Assembly (NCBI GenBank): GCA_000934665.2
Contig: JYFJ02003676.1
Span: 1 to 39,072 of the forward strand
From: Catajapyx aquilonaris
Lineage: Eukaryota
Length of the DNA: 39,072 nt
Direction of reading: 5' to 3'
Shown: positions 11,787 through 24,828 of the stretch, in pieces
How the letters are laid out: each line of letters begins with the position of its first letter
How positions within the stretch are numbered: position 1 is the stretch's first letter
The notes under the pieces: model-generated
Seen by the model: only the letters and a program-made list of their open reading frames with translations
Told to the model about the DNA's origin: nothing
The model's database searches: none
Program-made: the position numbers and the translations under genes

Positions 11787-12925
11787 CAGCCGCACCATAC
11801 AAAAATATCCCGGAGTCTAGCTGTTGCCATAGCATCCGGAACAGCAGCTTTCGTTCCCTGCTGAGTGTTTCACCTGCGCGCGTATTCATGTACAGCCAAA
11901 GCACCTGTCACAAACCTTTTGCCCAAAAAAAATATTGCGGCAGAAAGCTGTCCGCACACTGCCATTCGATCATGGGTGTACATTGTGAATTCTCCAAATA
12001 TGGCAAAACTGCTCAAAAGCAACATTATATGGAAACAAAAAGTTGGAGAAAAGTTGAGAGGAGCGTCCAGAGATGTCGGCGTCGTGGGCATCTCGAGCGT
12101 CGGTTTTAGCAGAGCCCCCACCGGCGACGGCGTCAACTTGTAGGCGCCAGGTTCTTGACTATATGAGAGAGCAATCTGGACTGGGGGATGGAATCACGGG
12201 GCCCTCTTGCATTATTGATGGGAAAGATTACCAATTTGGCAATCGACATCAGAGCTCTCTCTTTCTCCCTCCCTCCTCTCTCCAGGAGAAGTAATGATGA
12301 AGCGGAAGTTTTACGACGGTTGTGCTCAGATTCCGACTTCTCTTATGACTCCACTTAGAGGGAATTTGGGAATTAATAGCAGAATGGCAATGCATCCCCA
12401 AATAAGCCAGAGCCCTGTCCTTTCCCTTCCTTCCTGCTTTAGCATTAAAAAAATACTACAGATAAATGGGTTCTGAGACGTTTTCTAGATGTTCTGGTAC
12501 TGGTTTACTGCCAGTTTTTTCCAATTGCGATGCTCACAGAGAAGTGGTGCAAGCAGTACGAATGAAGTAAATTTAACACGTGTGAAATATTCAGCACATG
12601 TCGCTTTGGTGGGTTAGACGACTAATTGTTTCTAGTTTTTTGGAAAATTCCGCACATGTGAAAGCGTCGGTGTTTATGTTAAAATAGCGGGAGTAGAAAC
12701 AATGTGTAACTTTTCGAATGGTGTCTGCCTCTATGCAATTGCAGTTAGAGAGCATACGGTATAAATCTGGTCAATTAAAACAAATATTTTTCTCTGTGGC
12801 CCATGACATTGCAAAACCAGAAAACCAATAGCGTTGAAGGAAATATTAAATGACGTGCAATTACTATGAAATAAGCTTATTAAAACAAAGAAAGAAGTAA
12901 GAAATAGTCGAATTTTCGTTCCACG

Positions 12926-12995
12926 GCTAGTTACTGCTAATTTATTAGTAGCTATCAGTACCAACACTGGTACTGCTAAGTTAGCAGTAACTAGC
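12926..12995. repeat. Short nested inverted repeat
   Basis: GCTAGTTACTGCTAA (12926-12940) and TTAGCAGTAACTAGC (12981-12995) form a perfect 15-bp inverted repeat enclosing an 8-bp hairpin CAGTACCA-acac-TGGTACTG (12956-12975). Confidence 0.75.
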
Positions 12996-15900
12996 ACTGG
13001 GACAAAAATTCCACCCAATGAAAATACTGTAATTATCTTCATGCGAAGTCCGTGACTCACCAGGGTCATAAACGAACTGAATTAAATTAAATTTATAACG
13101 TTCTTACTGCGCAAATAAATCACTTTTCAAATATTTGGCAACAAATGCAGCGCCCTCACCTTGTTAGCGTATCTTGATACATACCGTACAGTACGTAATG
13201 TAACTTATACACGTGTGCACAATTTTCTCGTACTAACAGCAAAAAATACTATAACAGACAATATATAATGGCGTGCAATAACTTGAATAATTTGGTAAAC
13301 AAGTTGTCTTAACAATGTGCTAACTTTGAAACTCCGTCTTATCTGCACACTGTTGGTTTTCATGTCTTTCCTCAGTTCAGGAAGCACTCACAGATTGGCT
13401 ACGACATAACGCCCTATAACTTTAACTGGACACTGTTGACAAAGTATTCTCTGCACAAGTGAAACGCAGTTAATTTTTATTTATTCGCTAATACCTGAGA
13501 AATATAAAAGTTACTGATATCATGAGCGAAGATTTTGTATAAAATACGACGGAAGATAATTCTACTTGCAAAATCAATCCTCGAAGTCGTCTTTATTTTA
13601 ATAATAATCTTTGTGATACCAACAATCTACACATTTATAGATGCTGTAATCGGCGAAATTTTTTCTCTGTAGTGGCTATTTTTCAAAAAAAAAAATCCTC
13701 CTAACACCCCTCATTTCACCCACAAATAACTCAAACCCGAACGTCGTATCAGCAATATCCCTGCAAAATATTGTCAAATTAGACCGCAAGACGCAAATGA
13801 AGTAGCGCCGCATACGAGGCATAAAACACGCGTCTCTCGGCCCCCTCCATCCTCCAAAAGTTTGGAAAAGGCCCGCAGCTTAGTATGTGCGCTACACTGT
13901 CTGAAAAGTTGGCAAATCCTGGGGATATGAATCGGCAGGCACATGCAGGCGCATCTGGGGAATTTGGAGCGCCCAAGAAACAGTTGGAAGCAAGAAGAGG
14001 AGCCCGATTTACGAGACGTGCTACGTCTAGGCGAGTCCTAGGGTCGCCTCCGAAGCTCATTACTCTCATTTGCGAGGAATTAGTCGGAGGTACGCTCACA
14101 AGCTAATTAGGCAAAATGTATAGATACACCTTACATTATACGCAAGGGCAAGCTTTGGTAAGCCCCTGTCCCGTCTATCTTGGGCAGCTAGTCCCGTCTT
14201 GGAAAGGGACACCCGGATGTACAGGACGGAAGTTTGTCCTTGATGTGGAGGAGGAAAAGGTGCAGTCGGGGAGGGTGTATAGAAGGGGCTGCGGTGTTGG
14301 GCTCACGAGCAGCCCCAAGAGATGAGGCAGTGGGTACAAAGCAAGTGGTTGTGTGGGCGAGTTCCCTCTTCCGCAAGCTAAAAGGGGGGTCTCGGGGGTC
14401 CTCTACACAACCCCCCCTCTCTCTCCTCTTTTCCCTTCACTCCCCCGCCCGCCTCTCCCCACACTAGTAGCAGCAGAGCAGCAGCAGAGTCCGAGAGCTG
14501 CGCCAGCAAGTCTGCATTAATCTAATATGTTCCGCTCTGCCAAAACGAGGCTTTGATGCCATTGTGTAGGACCGCCCTTTGTTTGCGTCTTCTGCCCTTG
14601 GCTTCTGCTTGTCTCAAAGGCCAGAGGCAATCCCAGATATTCCTTCCTTCCTTCCTGGTCCTCTCTCTCCCCCTTCTTCCTTCCTTGCCTTCCTTCTTCC
14701 CAGAAGCGAGCCACAGCACTTCTTTGGAGGACTAAATCCCGCTTCCTGAGATCCCTACAAGGAGAATACTATGCAAACCTTCGCTTCCCCGCCGTATTAT
14801 CTCGACAAACAGTTTTGGAACCGTTTCTTACGACCCTACTCTGCCCGGATTCAAACTAATTTAATTCATAAAATTGCATCTTTCACTCATTGAGCTGGCA
14901 GCAACTTAATTGACACGTCCCACTGATTCTCCCCAGCATATTTTTCCAGTGATGATATTTAAATTATTATATTGCAATGTGATTTTAAATGATGTCGACT
15001 TTTAGCTTATTAGGCTTAGGAAAATGACGATTAGTTCATATCAATTTGGACAGTTTCTGACAATGTGACAGCAGATATGCCCAGCGAAACTGAAATGTAG
15101 GATACAAGTATATGACTGTGTGTGTGTGTGTCTGCTGAATGTTGGAGAGGAGCTTAATTCCCGGCGGAGCAGAAGCGGAGAATGAAGGTGGCGGAAAGGG
15201 TGCTTTTGGGAGGGCCATATTCCAGCAGCAGAAGCGGAGGCCCCACAATAACCGTTGGGGGGCGGCTCAGGGCTCCACCTGAGCTGTCGTTGGTAAACAT
15301 TCGGGTAAAAAAGAATAGGTGAGGACGAGCGAGCTTGATCCCTCCAAGGGGCAATTAAGGGCCGTTCCATAAATCGTTCTAAGCCTGTCATCTGGGGAAA
15401 TGGGCGCACAAGAAGGAGGGTAGGTGGGTGGGTGCTGCAGCATCAGGAGGACCCCCCCTCCCCCTAAAAAAGGGGTGCAAATGCGTCGACTCCAAATGGG
15501 TTTCGTTGGCAAGCCAGTCGCATCGGGGGGATATTGGTACACCAGCTGGCCGCCTTCCTAAATGGCCGCAACGGGCTGGACGTGGCTTGCAAGTGGACAA
15601 GTGCAGCTGACCAATGGCGCCAGCACCGATCCTCTCTCCTCTGGCCCCCAAATGGGACTCGCCAAATGAGGTGGTGCTGGGACCCACCGAACCCACCGAC
15701 CTCTCTCCCTTTTCTCTATACCTCCCCGCCATCCCCCTCCCTACTCCCTGCTCTCTGGCGAGCCTCGCCTCTCCCCTCAGCAATAAGGCCAGCCCGAATA
15801 TTTCGCCATCCAAGCTCCCCGCCAAAGTTTTAATAGGGCCACACCGCAACAACAGTGGGTTGCAATTAAATTAAAGACTTACGAAGCCCGCAGAGTCCCC

Positions 15901-17336
15901 CCCCCCCTCCCTGCCATACTCCCTCCCTTTCCCCCCTCTCTAGCCAGCACAGCCTCCCCTGCGCCCACTACTCGGGGCTCCATGCTCACATGTGCAAGAC
16001 ACACACACATGAACACACACACCCGCTCATGTACCCTTCGCCCCCATGAGACCCCCATCCCTCCCGGTAAGACAATTCCTAAATCCACTCAACCCATCCT
16101 CTTGGGCTGCCTCTTCCTGTGTCAGACTGGCCCAAACTGGCAGCAAAAATTGTCATGTTCCGGTGCAGGGGGCCTTTGGGATCTGGTATAAGCTAGGGGG
16201 GTTGGGACATACTAGGAAGGAAGCAACATTCTCTTGGATTTTCTTGGGTCGCTCTTAGTTTCCCTTCACGCCCGGCTAGTCATTAAGCCCTTCTCTATTT
16301 TGAGTGGGAAGGCATTTCATAAATCGATTCCTTCCCCTCCCCTTACTTGGAAGCAAGCCTCTCTTCTGCCAAGGTTCAGGGATGCCCAAAATCCTTGCAC
16401 CACCCCTAGGTTCATTAACTTTGCCACATCACGCGTACACTTTAATTGCAAGAAACCTTCCAAGATTTTTCGGAACACCCTGTCTTTCTCATTACCACTC
16501 CAAGATTTTGCTTCTTTCCGAACCCTATATTCTCAGCCTGCGACCTTTTTCCGCGGCTTCATTTTACAAGAGGCCGTCTCCGGGCCAGAGATTGCAGAAG
16601 CCGAATGTCTTATATGCTATCCATCCAAGCAGCCCCCCCCCCCCCCCAACTTATTAGCCCGGAAAGAAAGAGGAAAGGTGGAAAATGTGTGCAGTGTTTG
16701 CCGTAGGCATATTGACCGAGGATTCTTTATAATTTGGTGTCAGAGCTAATTAGGATTTTCGGCTCCAAGTCGTTAGCATTCGAGGGAAAAGAATTGTAGC
16801 TGGTGATGTAGACTAATGAACATGCAAACTCGGCTCCGTTTCCCTGGGATCAGAGCAGAGGCGGGCAAGCAAGTGGAAGAGCCAACCCGCTTCCTCTAAT
16901 GTTTGCAAAGAGACCAACGCTTTTTTTATGTTCATTCTATAGCTACATTTTTAGTCTGAATCGACTGCATATGTGCGTGTGCGTTTTTTTTTTAAAAAAT
17001 AAAACGCGGGTGATGACCTGCCCTCAGCCTAATTAGGCGCTAAACAAACAGTGGAATCGGTGGGTGATCGCAATGCAAGAAGCAGAGACCAACTTTTAGG
17101 CTGCCAAACGTGCACAATGGGACGATAGAGGGGGGAAAAACACAACGGAGGGAAAAGTTTTCATCGCCTGGAATAAATTCCCGATTACCGAGGCCTTTCC
17201 AGTTTGTTCGCTGGCCTGCGATGTGTACACAGCAGCTTCATGTGAGCCCAACTTCGCCTGCAAAATCCGGGCTGGTTCTCCAATTCTTTTTTTTTATGTG
17301 CTCCCTCATTCCCCTGTCTATAGTCTAATTACAAGT

Positions 17337-17353
17337 GGGGGGGGGGGGGGGGN
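17337..17353. other. G16 run ending in an ambiguous base (possible assembly join)
   Basis: Sixteen G followed by n at 17353. Confidence 0.8.
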
Positions 17354-18362
17354 CTCCTGTTTGATTCCGGGTCGTAACGCAGGCGCAGTCGAATCATGAA
17401 CTTTACTCTTTTTTTAGGAGTCGCTCTTTTCATATTTGCATCCATTAATTTTACAGTACATTATTTGCAAAAAAAAAAAAAACTTTTTTTCCGAGTCTAA
17501 CGGTTCATGACCTAGCAAACTTCATAACCAACATCTGCCTTTCATATCATCCGCTCGTCGAAAACAGGCTTCGTCTTGCGGTTGAGCACTCAATGTGAGA
17601 GGTCACGAATGGGGCTGGGACAATATTGTTCCAACTTATGAAGTTAAAGGCGCATTGAATTTATGTGAAGATAACTTTTGACATCCGGATGTCATTTTTG
17701 CACTGTACTTGCTAGTGGAGGACTCATCAACTACAAATTACTTCAGAAAAACTTTTATGGAACAGGTATGGAAATGAAGGGTATTTAATATCTAATATTC
17801 GACATTTGGAAAATCACACTGCTGGGCTTTTCGATTGTTCATAAACCCGAAAGATCACCGTTTCCTCCAAGTCCAACCATATCGTAAGGAAGCGGAAGGC
17901 AGCAACTATAGTACTGTCCACGTGTTTTGTAATGCGAGAGGTTGTGGTCCAGATTGGGAAGCTGCGGGGAAAGAGAGAGAGCGCGCTCTCAGTGCGAGAG
18001 AGAGTGTGTGGCAAAACAGGCCGATTAGCCTTGGGAGGGCCATAACCGTAAATACAAATAGGCGGAGGCTGTGGGGCCATAAACCGCACCCATAAGAGTG
18101 GAAAGGAAAGCATAACAGAACTGGTGGAGAGAGAAAGAGAGACCTATCTATCGAGAGGGGCAGCAATTCCTCCCGGAAAACGCTAGACAAGGTGAGGCCA
18201 TGCAGCCGAGTAAAAGCAAGCGAGGCAGCAGCTCTTGTCACTTGATTTACCTCCCAAACTTTTGCCGCAACTTGGCCCGCTCTGCTCCCATTCGTCTCCT
18301 GCCCTCGTGTTTTGTCTTTTCCCCTTCCGCCCGTCAAACAAGCACGCCGCAACTCTGCCCAA

Positions 18363-18391
18363 GGAAGAAGAAGAAGAAGAAGAATAAGAAG
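18363..18391. repeat. (GAA)n microsatellite, one interruption
   Basis: Directly visible. Confidence 0.9.
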
Positions 18392-18612
18392 CAAGGCACC
18401 ACCAGGAAAGGATTCGATGGGAGTCGAGCCCTTCTTTTCCCAATACTCCCTTCCACCCTCCTCAAATTAATTAGTCCGAGGCATCCAAGATGGACGGTGA
18501 CCCTACACTCAAGCAGAAACTTGGGATGCCTGTCAAACTAACTTGCAGCATCGGATCAAGAGTCATGGAAGCTGCACGACCTGAATTAGCTCAATATCTC
18601 CTTATACAAAGT

Positions 18613-18757
18613 GTTGGGTTGCATCATGCCAGGATGAAACCCAGTGTTCGTTGGGTTGCATCATACCAGGATGAAACCCGGTGTTCGTTGGGTTGCATCA
18701 TGCCAGGATGAAACCCAGTGTTCGTTGGGTTGCATCATGACAGGTTGAAACAGTGTC
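18613..18757. repeat. 37-bp minisatellite, about 4 copies
   Basis: Unit GTTGGGTTGCATCATGCCAGGATGAAACCCAGTGTTC starts at 18613, 18650 and 18687, with a degenerate copy at 18724. The units are contiguous. Confidence 0.95.
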
Positions 18758-20243
18758 AATGTTGTGCTAAGTGTGTAATAAATATTACATATTTTAATGC
18801 ATAATCTTTCGGGTCACATTTAGTTAGATTTTTCCAGTACTCTGCGTGCGCACTTTTGTCAAAGGTGACGTCAGAGGCGGTAGTTGGGCGTACTATCCCC
18901 TTACCAGATGGAGGTATAGGGTTGTTTGGAATAATAATCAGCAGGAGTCGGATGAGGTGGAAGTGGGTCTGTGGCTACGGGAGGGGGTCCGGATTGAGGA
19001 GGCCCCAACAAGTATGGGCGTGTGGCATGCTAATGACGTTTGCCTATTCTTTCGGAGCTAATGACGTTATCAAAGCTCGGCAGACGAGTGGCAAGAAGGT
19101 GCCGTCTTTGTCTTCGGCCCGGGCTCATTGTCAGCCATTCACATGCGCCGCCAAGAAAGGGAAAAATAATTAGCTGGCAAAACCCCGGCAGCTTGGGCGA
19201 GCCCCAAATTTATGCCTTCGTCACACCGCGCAATAAGAACGGCAAGAAGTTTCCCTCTTATTGCCACCCGACTCATGAATATCAAACATACCAGGAGGAG
19301 TTGGAGCTCTCGCCCGAAAGGGCAAATAAATATTCGAACAGTTGGCTCCAACAGCACAGCTCCCCGTATCCACTCCAATGGAGAACGAGAGAGAGTTGGA
19401 GGTTTGTCTCCTGATTTCCGGGAGCCCTCAATTGCCGCCGGGATTTTAAGCCACCCTGCACATTTCTCATCCCCAGCTTCTCTCTAAAGCTTGGGTCCCT
19501 CTTTTCTACGCCAATTATTATTCTCTCGCGCATCACGCACTCAAGAGTGAAGCAATCCCTAGGCGCTGCCCCCTGATGCTTTTCCCTACTCCCCATCCTT
19601 ATACACGCTACTTGTTGCAGTCAGTTCCCTGGAAAAATAAGTGTCTCGTTCACTCCAACAATTACCGTAGTTTTTCCTCCAAACAGATTGGAAGTAAATT
19701 TGGATGCTGTTCCTTTTCTTCGTTCAGGAGGATTTTTTTTTCTTCTTCTTCTTCTTGGATTTCTATTCGCAGGCTGAGCAGGGTCCAAAGTTGGTGCGCC
19801 CCACCCTTTTTCGAATTTGCGTTCCAGTGACTTGACACATTCTTTCAGCAATTACTCCCTCACGCAACTTCTTCAAACTTGACGCTTTCAATTTTGGCGT
19901 ACTGACTTTTCGAGGGTGGGTTTTGCTTCCACTTGAGTCTCACTTTTCGAGTAACAGTCTTCTAGGATGAGAAGATGCGGTGTTTCAAAAGTTAATTTTG
20001 ATCGAATCACTGGCGTTATACAGGGTGTTCCAAGTATTAAGTTATTGTCATTAATCTGATTTTTATTAAGTAGCTCTAGTAACAGTTATTTCTATGATCA
20101 GAACCATACTGTAGCTTAGTAGCCATTTTAATGGATAAAATTAGGTATAATGTAGGATAGTCCGATAGGTCTATTATTTTTAGATTTCTATTTTTTATTT
20201 CCTTATTTTGTTTTTTATGCACCGTTCTCCGACCCATTTTTAA

Positions 20244-20377
20244 CCCTGTAATGCCCCTTGGGTCATATCTGGCACACCATTTAGTGCAATTTGGCACACT
20301 TACAGAAAATATAAAAATTGCAAAAGTTGCAAAAATTGCACTAAATGGTGTGCCAGATATGACCCAGTGGGCATTAC
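20244..20377. mobile_element. MITE-like inverted repeat, piggyBac-like left end
   Basis: 45-bp arms at 20248-20292 and 20333-20377 with 2 mismatches. The left end is preceded by TTAA-CCCT (20240-20247); the matching AGGG-TTAA is missing on the right. Confidence 0.7.
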
Positions 20378-22995
20378 TTATATTAGTGGAATTGAGATAT
20401 TGCTAATATCTGCTGCAAATATGAATTCTTTAATTGCGGAATATGGATTCCAAAGGTGCAATTTATAATTTTTAATCTTGTAACATGAAAATTGTTATGT
20501 TTATTAATTATATCGAATTTATTTTACTCTTCATTCATATAATTGTCAGTGATTTCGGTAGCCCGGGATTTACGAATTCATGGTGCAGCATGAAACGTAT
20601 GATAATAAAAATTGTTACTGGCAGTATATACAACTTACTGAAATTTCATCACGAGTGTGAATAACCTACTCAGATCACAGCATCCGAAAAAAAAACAATT
20701 CTACCTGAAATTCTAGTGATGAAACCCGCAAGCAACATGCCTCAACCGGCTTGCATAAGATGAGAACGAATTTAACGCTGCTGCCTGAGCATACCCGGGA
20801 GAGATTTAATTTGAAAAAATATGTATTTGCACTGTGCCTATAGGGTGAGTGGAAGGGGGGGGGGAGGTAGAGCAGACTCCTCCGGCTCGCCGGTAATTGC
20901 CCCCAAATTTTTTCACATTCTTTAGCGGCTGCAATATTGCAAAAGTTGCTCATGAAGCAAGCACCGACGGCTGAGCTGCTGGGATGAACGGTGTCCACCT
21001 CTCTCATCTCTTCTCTCTCTCTCAATATCTCTCTCTCTTCTCTTTCTCTCTCTAGGGCTCCTTTCCTTTCCCCGCCTCCGTGCTTTTGCTGCTGCTGCCG
21101 CTGCATTGGAGCCCAGCTATCTTAGATTTCTGTGCCCGCAAGGGAACAACCGAAATTTAATTATATCTTGGATTCTCTTCTAATTAACGGTGATTGGATA
21201 TGCCTTGTTGTTCTAGGCGCGGTGCACGCCGGCTCCCAGCTTTCAGAGGGGTTGGCTGCTAGCTGGCTGGCTGGCTGGATAGGTTTTTGGGGAGATACTG
21301 TACTGGGAGGGGGAAAAGGGAAGGAAGGAACGGGGGAGAAAGCAAAGGAGAAGGAGAAACGACGTGCAGATTCGTATAGCAAAAGGAAGCCCTTAGTCAG
21401 GATTTTGCACGATATATTATACGCGGTGTATAATGATCACTTTTATAAATCAGTTTTTACAAGTAGCTGTTGGGAAGGTGTGTGTGATGTAATTTTAGGA
21501 CAAGTGAAACAAGGCATGCATGTACTGTACGTAGTGTTGCTCAAATCAGTCATTATTGTATGTGTCCAAAAATGCAAAATTACTTAGCGAATGTTAGGCT
21601 ATTTTAATATTTTGTTGCAGACGATTATTCACATTAAAATGTAGCGGATATTATAACAACGCTGCCAACATTCCCTGCCTGGTATTGAGATTCCTACGTG
21701 AATCCCAACTAAAATACTTAGATACCGGTACCGTATATTCAATTTTGTCAAGTGAGTTGCATTTCAGTACAAATAGGCTCTAAAACTGAATTACTGTACT
21801 AATATGGATGATGATGTCAGTGTTTGTAAAGGTTTATAATGCAACTGTTTGTAAGCAAATTGGTAAATTGTTATGGTTATTCCAGCCCCAATAAAGGGGC
21901 ACCGCGTAGATGTTCTCTCGGAAACGCAGCAGTTTGTGCAGCACCATTGATAACTTATTTGTCAATACGGAATTATGCCATTTCGTCATTAGATGGAATG
22001 TTTTGTTCCATCTTTTACGAGGTGACAATTAAACTAGAAGGCTGCAGGGGGGCGGGGGGAGAATCAATAAGCAATTATTTTTACTTCTAGAAAACTCATT
22101 TGACGGAAGGTAACTTCTACACCAATGTGCCGTCTCCTGTCTCCAAGTATTATACTGAAAATTAGGTATTGTTGCTACTTTTGTTCCTGCCAAAATATTG
22201 TGCAAATAATTTCAAAAAATTACACTTTGAAGCAGTTTCCCCATAACATTATAATTTGGTTGTGTATGTACTGTACGTATCAATGTTATGAAATTAAACA
22301 GGCCTAATATTCGAAATCTGCAGAAAATTTCCTTGAAATAATTTATGTATATTATAGCCTGCTGCTCAGTGAAAATAACCCCGAACCTATCATGAACTTC
22401 CCATAATAATATTATGGCTCCATAAAATGGTTAAATTTTCACAATTTTGATTCACAAATTTTCATGCCGGCAGAAAGCTGCAGCAACTCACCCTCAATCA
22501 TAATTATTTAAAAATGCGCCAACACCGCAAACATTCAGCCAAGAAAAGTCCCTTGATGTGCGTAACATGTCCCAGAAATGTTGAAGACACGAGCACTAAG
22601 AAAGCAATATTTCAGGATTGTTTGTGGAGCCGTAATTTATGGGCGGCAACCTGGACCACCCCGAGCGTTTGTCTCCGGAGACAAGTTTAATTGGGAAAGG
22701 AGGTCCGCCCCTTGCGTTCCTGGGCACCTACACAGCAGCACCAAGCTATACTGTATAAGCCTTGGGTATAGAGCAAAAGCAAGGCTTATGCGTGAGCAGG
22801 CCAGAATTTTTAGGCCTTGCTTTCCAGGAAGGTAGTGAGTCGGTCGGAATCCAGCAGCAGTAGCTCGTTAGAAGCGCCATCCAGGGTGGCCCAAGGAGCT
22901 CCAATTACCGCACACCAACAACACCCGGATGGATGATTATGGAGGAGACTCCCGGATGCGGTAATTAAAATCTCTGCCGCCAGCCAGCTGCCATT

Positions 22996-23022
22996 ATCAT
23001 CATCATCATCATAATCATCATC
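22996..23022. repeat. (ATC)n microsatellite, one interruption
   Basis: Directly visible. Confidence 0.85.
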
Positions 23023-24706
23023 CGGATCTTGCCACTCCTTCCTCATACCCATTGTTTACGACGGTTGGTAGTAAGACATACTGGATTCTCGGTGAAAATT
23101 TGGCATTTCCCAGACAAATTTTTTTCTGATTTCTCCAGCATGCCCCGAGGCTTTTGCTTGATGAATCCTGACAAAGCATAGTTATGCCAAGTCCTGGTAG
23201 GGGCAACTAGGATGTCAGCAGGTAAGGCTCTCCAGAATGTGCCAGGGAAACATGCAGAGAGAAATGCGCCGCTTCCTGGGCATGCACGCGCCGAATCGCG
23301 CGCTGCCAAGTTGTCTTGGAAGTCCCTTTTCCCTGGGAAACATTCCTGGAGCCAATCCTCTTCCCTTCTCCGGCAGCAGGCAGGCATTCCTGGCCGCCTG
23401 ATTGTGCTCAAGTATCTTCCCCTCATCCTTTCCCTTCTCTTCTCTCTCTTCCCCCGATTCCCTTTGCCCGGATACGAGCCCCCAGCCAACCGGCACTAAA
23501 GCTGGGCCCCATAATAGCTTATTGTCTAAGGCCAGTTTTATGGGTTAGAATCACTGCAGCAAACATGCGAGGTATTTCATTAACAGCCGTGTAGCTCCCT
23601 AATAAATAATAACTCTTCATAGAGGCGGTGAGGTAGGTATAGGTATAGGCAAGTAATATCTTGCTAGCTACTTGCCAGCCAACTTATTCAGTCACTTCTG
23701 AGAACAATGATGCAAGGCTGTAAATCAGTATCGAAAGAGTGAGTCCGGCTGGTATAGGGAAGGGAAAGTCGAGGAGAAAGCCGAGCGTTGGCTGGAAATG
23801 TGGATCTGTGCTAATGAGAATTATCCCTGAATTGTGTGGGAGGTTGTGAGGGAGAGGAGAGGAGGGGGGGTTGGAGAGAGGAATGGGAGGGGAGGTTACT
23901 TGGGTGGTGTGCCTTGTGCCGATAAGGCAGATGCATGGACGCCAATGCCCCGCCTCTATTTATGAGACTGTGTACTCTCCCTCGCCAGCGCCCGCATCGC
24001 TCTCCTCCAACCCTTCCTCCGCATAAATTCCCTCCTAATTACCTGCGGAAAATATAACTAAATCGGCCTTCCTCAGTCACTCCGGTCTTTCCTTACCACA
24101 CCTCCTGGAAGCTGATACTCTAGCTCAAACCCTGCAAGCCTTTCTTTGCACTCTTACGCACACACATCCATACCAAAGAGAAATTTGGTTATGCGAAGCG
24201 TGTGGTGCCCGACACACTGCCTTATTTCATTCTCGGGGAAGGCACAAAGTAATCATGTTGTACTTAAAGCTGGGTAAGCGGAATATGCAACCAAAGTCAT
24301 ACATTTTGGCTGCACTCGCATTATAAAAAGTTTTTAAAAGTGACAATGTCACAAAAAGTTTCACCTGGGATACATTTGGCCGAAACTTTTTTTTTTGCAA
24401 GTGTAGGTACTGCAAATGCCAATTCTGGGCATTTACAAATCCGATCTATCCTTGGCAGAATGTTTCTCTGATTCTCCCCCCGCCCCCTTCCAACCCCCTT
24501 TCATCTTGGCAATTAATAAGGCAGCCGGGATGCCCGGGTTTTGCCGATTGCTGTTCCATGATGCAACCGTACCACCATTCCATTTCTATTTCAGTCATAA
24601 CCTGGCAATATAACATCCATTTTATTACCACCTGGTGATGCAGTTATCTTGATTTTTCCGCTCCCTGTAACTTACAATATGGAAAAATCACATAAATTTT
24701 GGTTAT

Positions 24707-24828
24707 CCTCCTGAGACCCGGAGTACAGTATACTGTACCTTTGTTTTTGTTTTTTTACGCGTTTGAGTTAGTCAGAAGGTGCTGGAAAAAACAAAGGTAC
24801 AGTACACTGTACCAGGGGTCTCAGGAGG
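24707..24828. mobile_element. MITE-like element, piggyBac-like termini (122 bp)
   Basis: CCTCCTGAGACCC...GGGTCTCAGGAGG termini; the inverted repeat extends about 40 bp through GTACAGTATACTGTACCTTTGTTTTT / AAAAACAAAGGTACAGTACACTGTAC. Flanks TTAT and TTTG could be decayed TTAA. Confidence 0.72.

Noticed and set aside
18613..18757. CRISPR array (37-bp palindromic repeats)
   Set aside because: Units are contiguous with no unique spacers, there are no cas genes, and the context is eukaryotic.
23629..23680. let-7-like TGAGGTAGGTATAGGTATAGG
   Set aside because: Only the first 8 nt match, and there is no complementary star arm.
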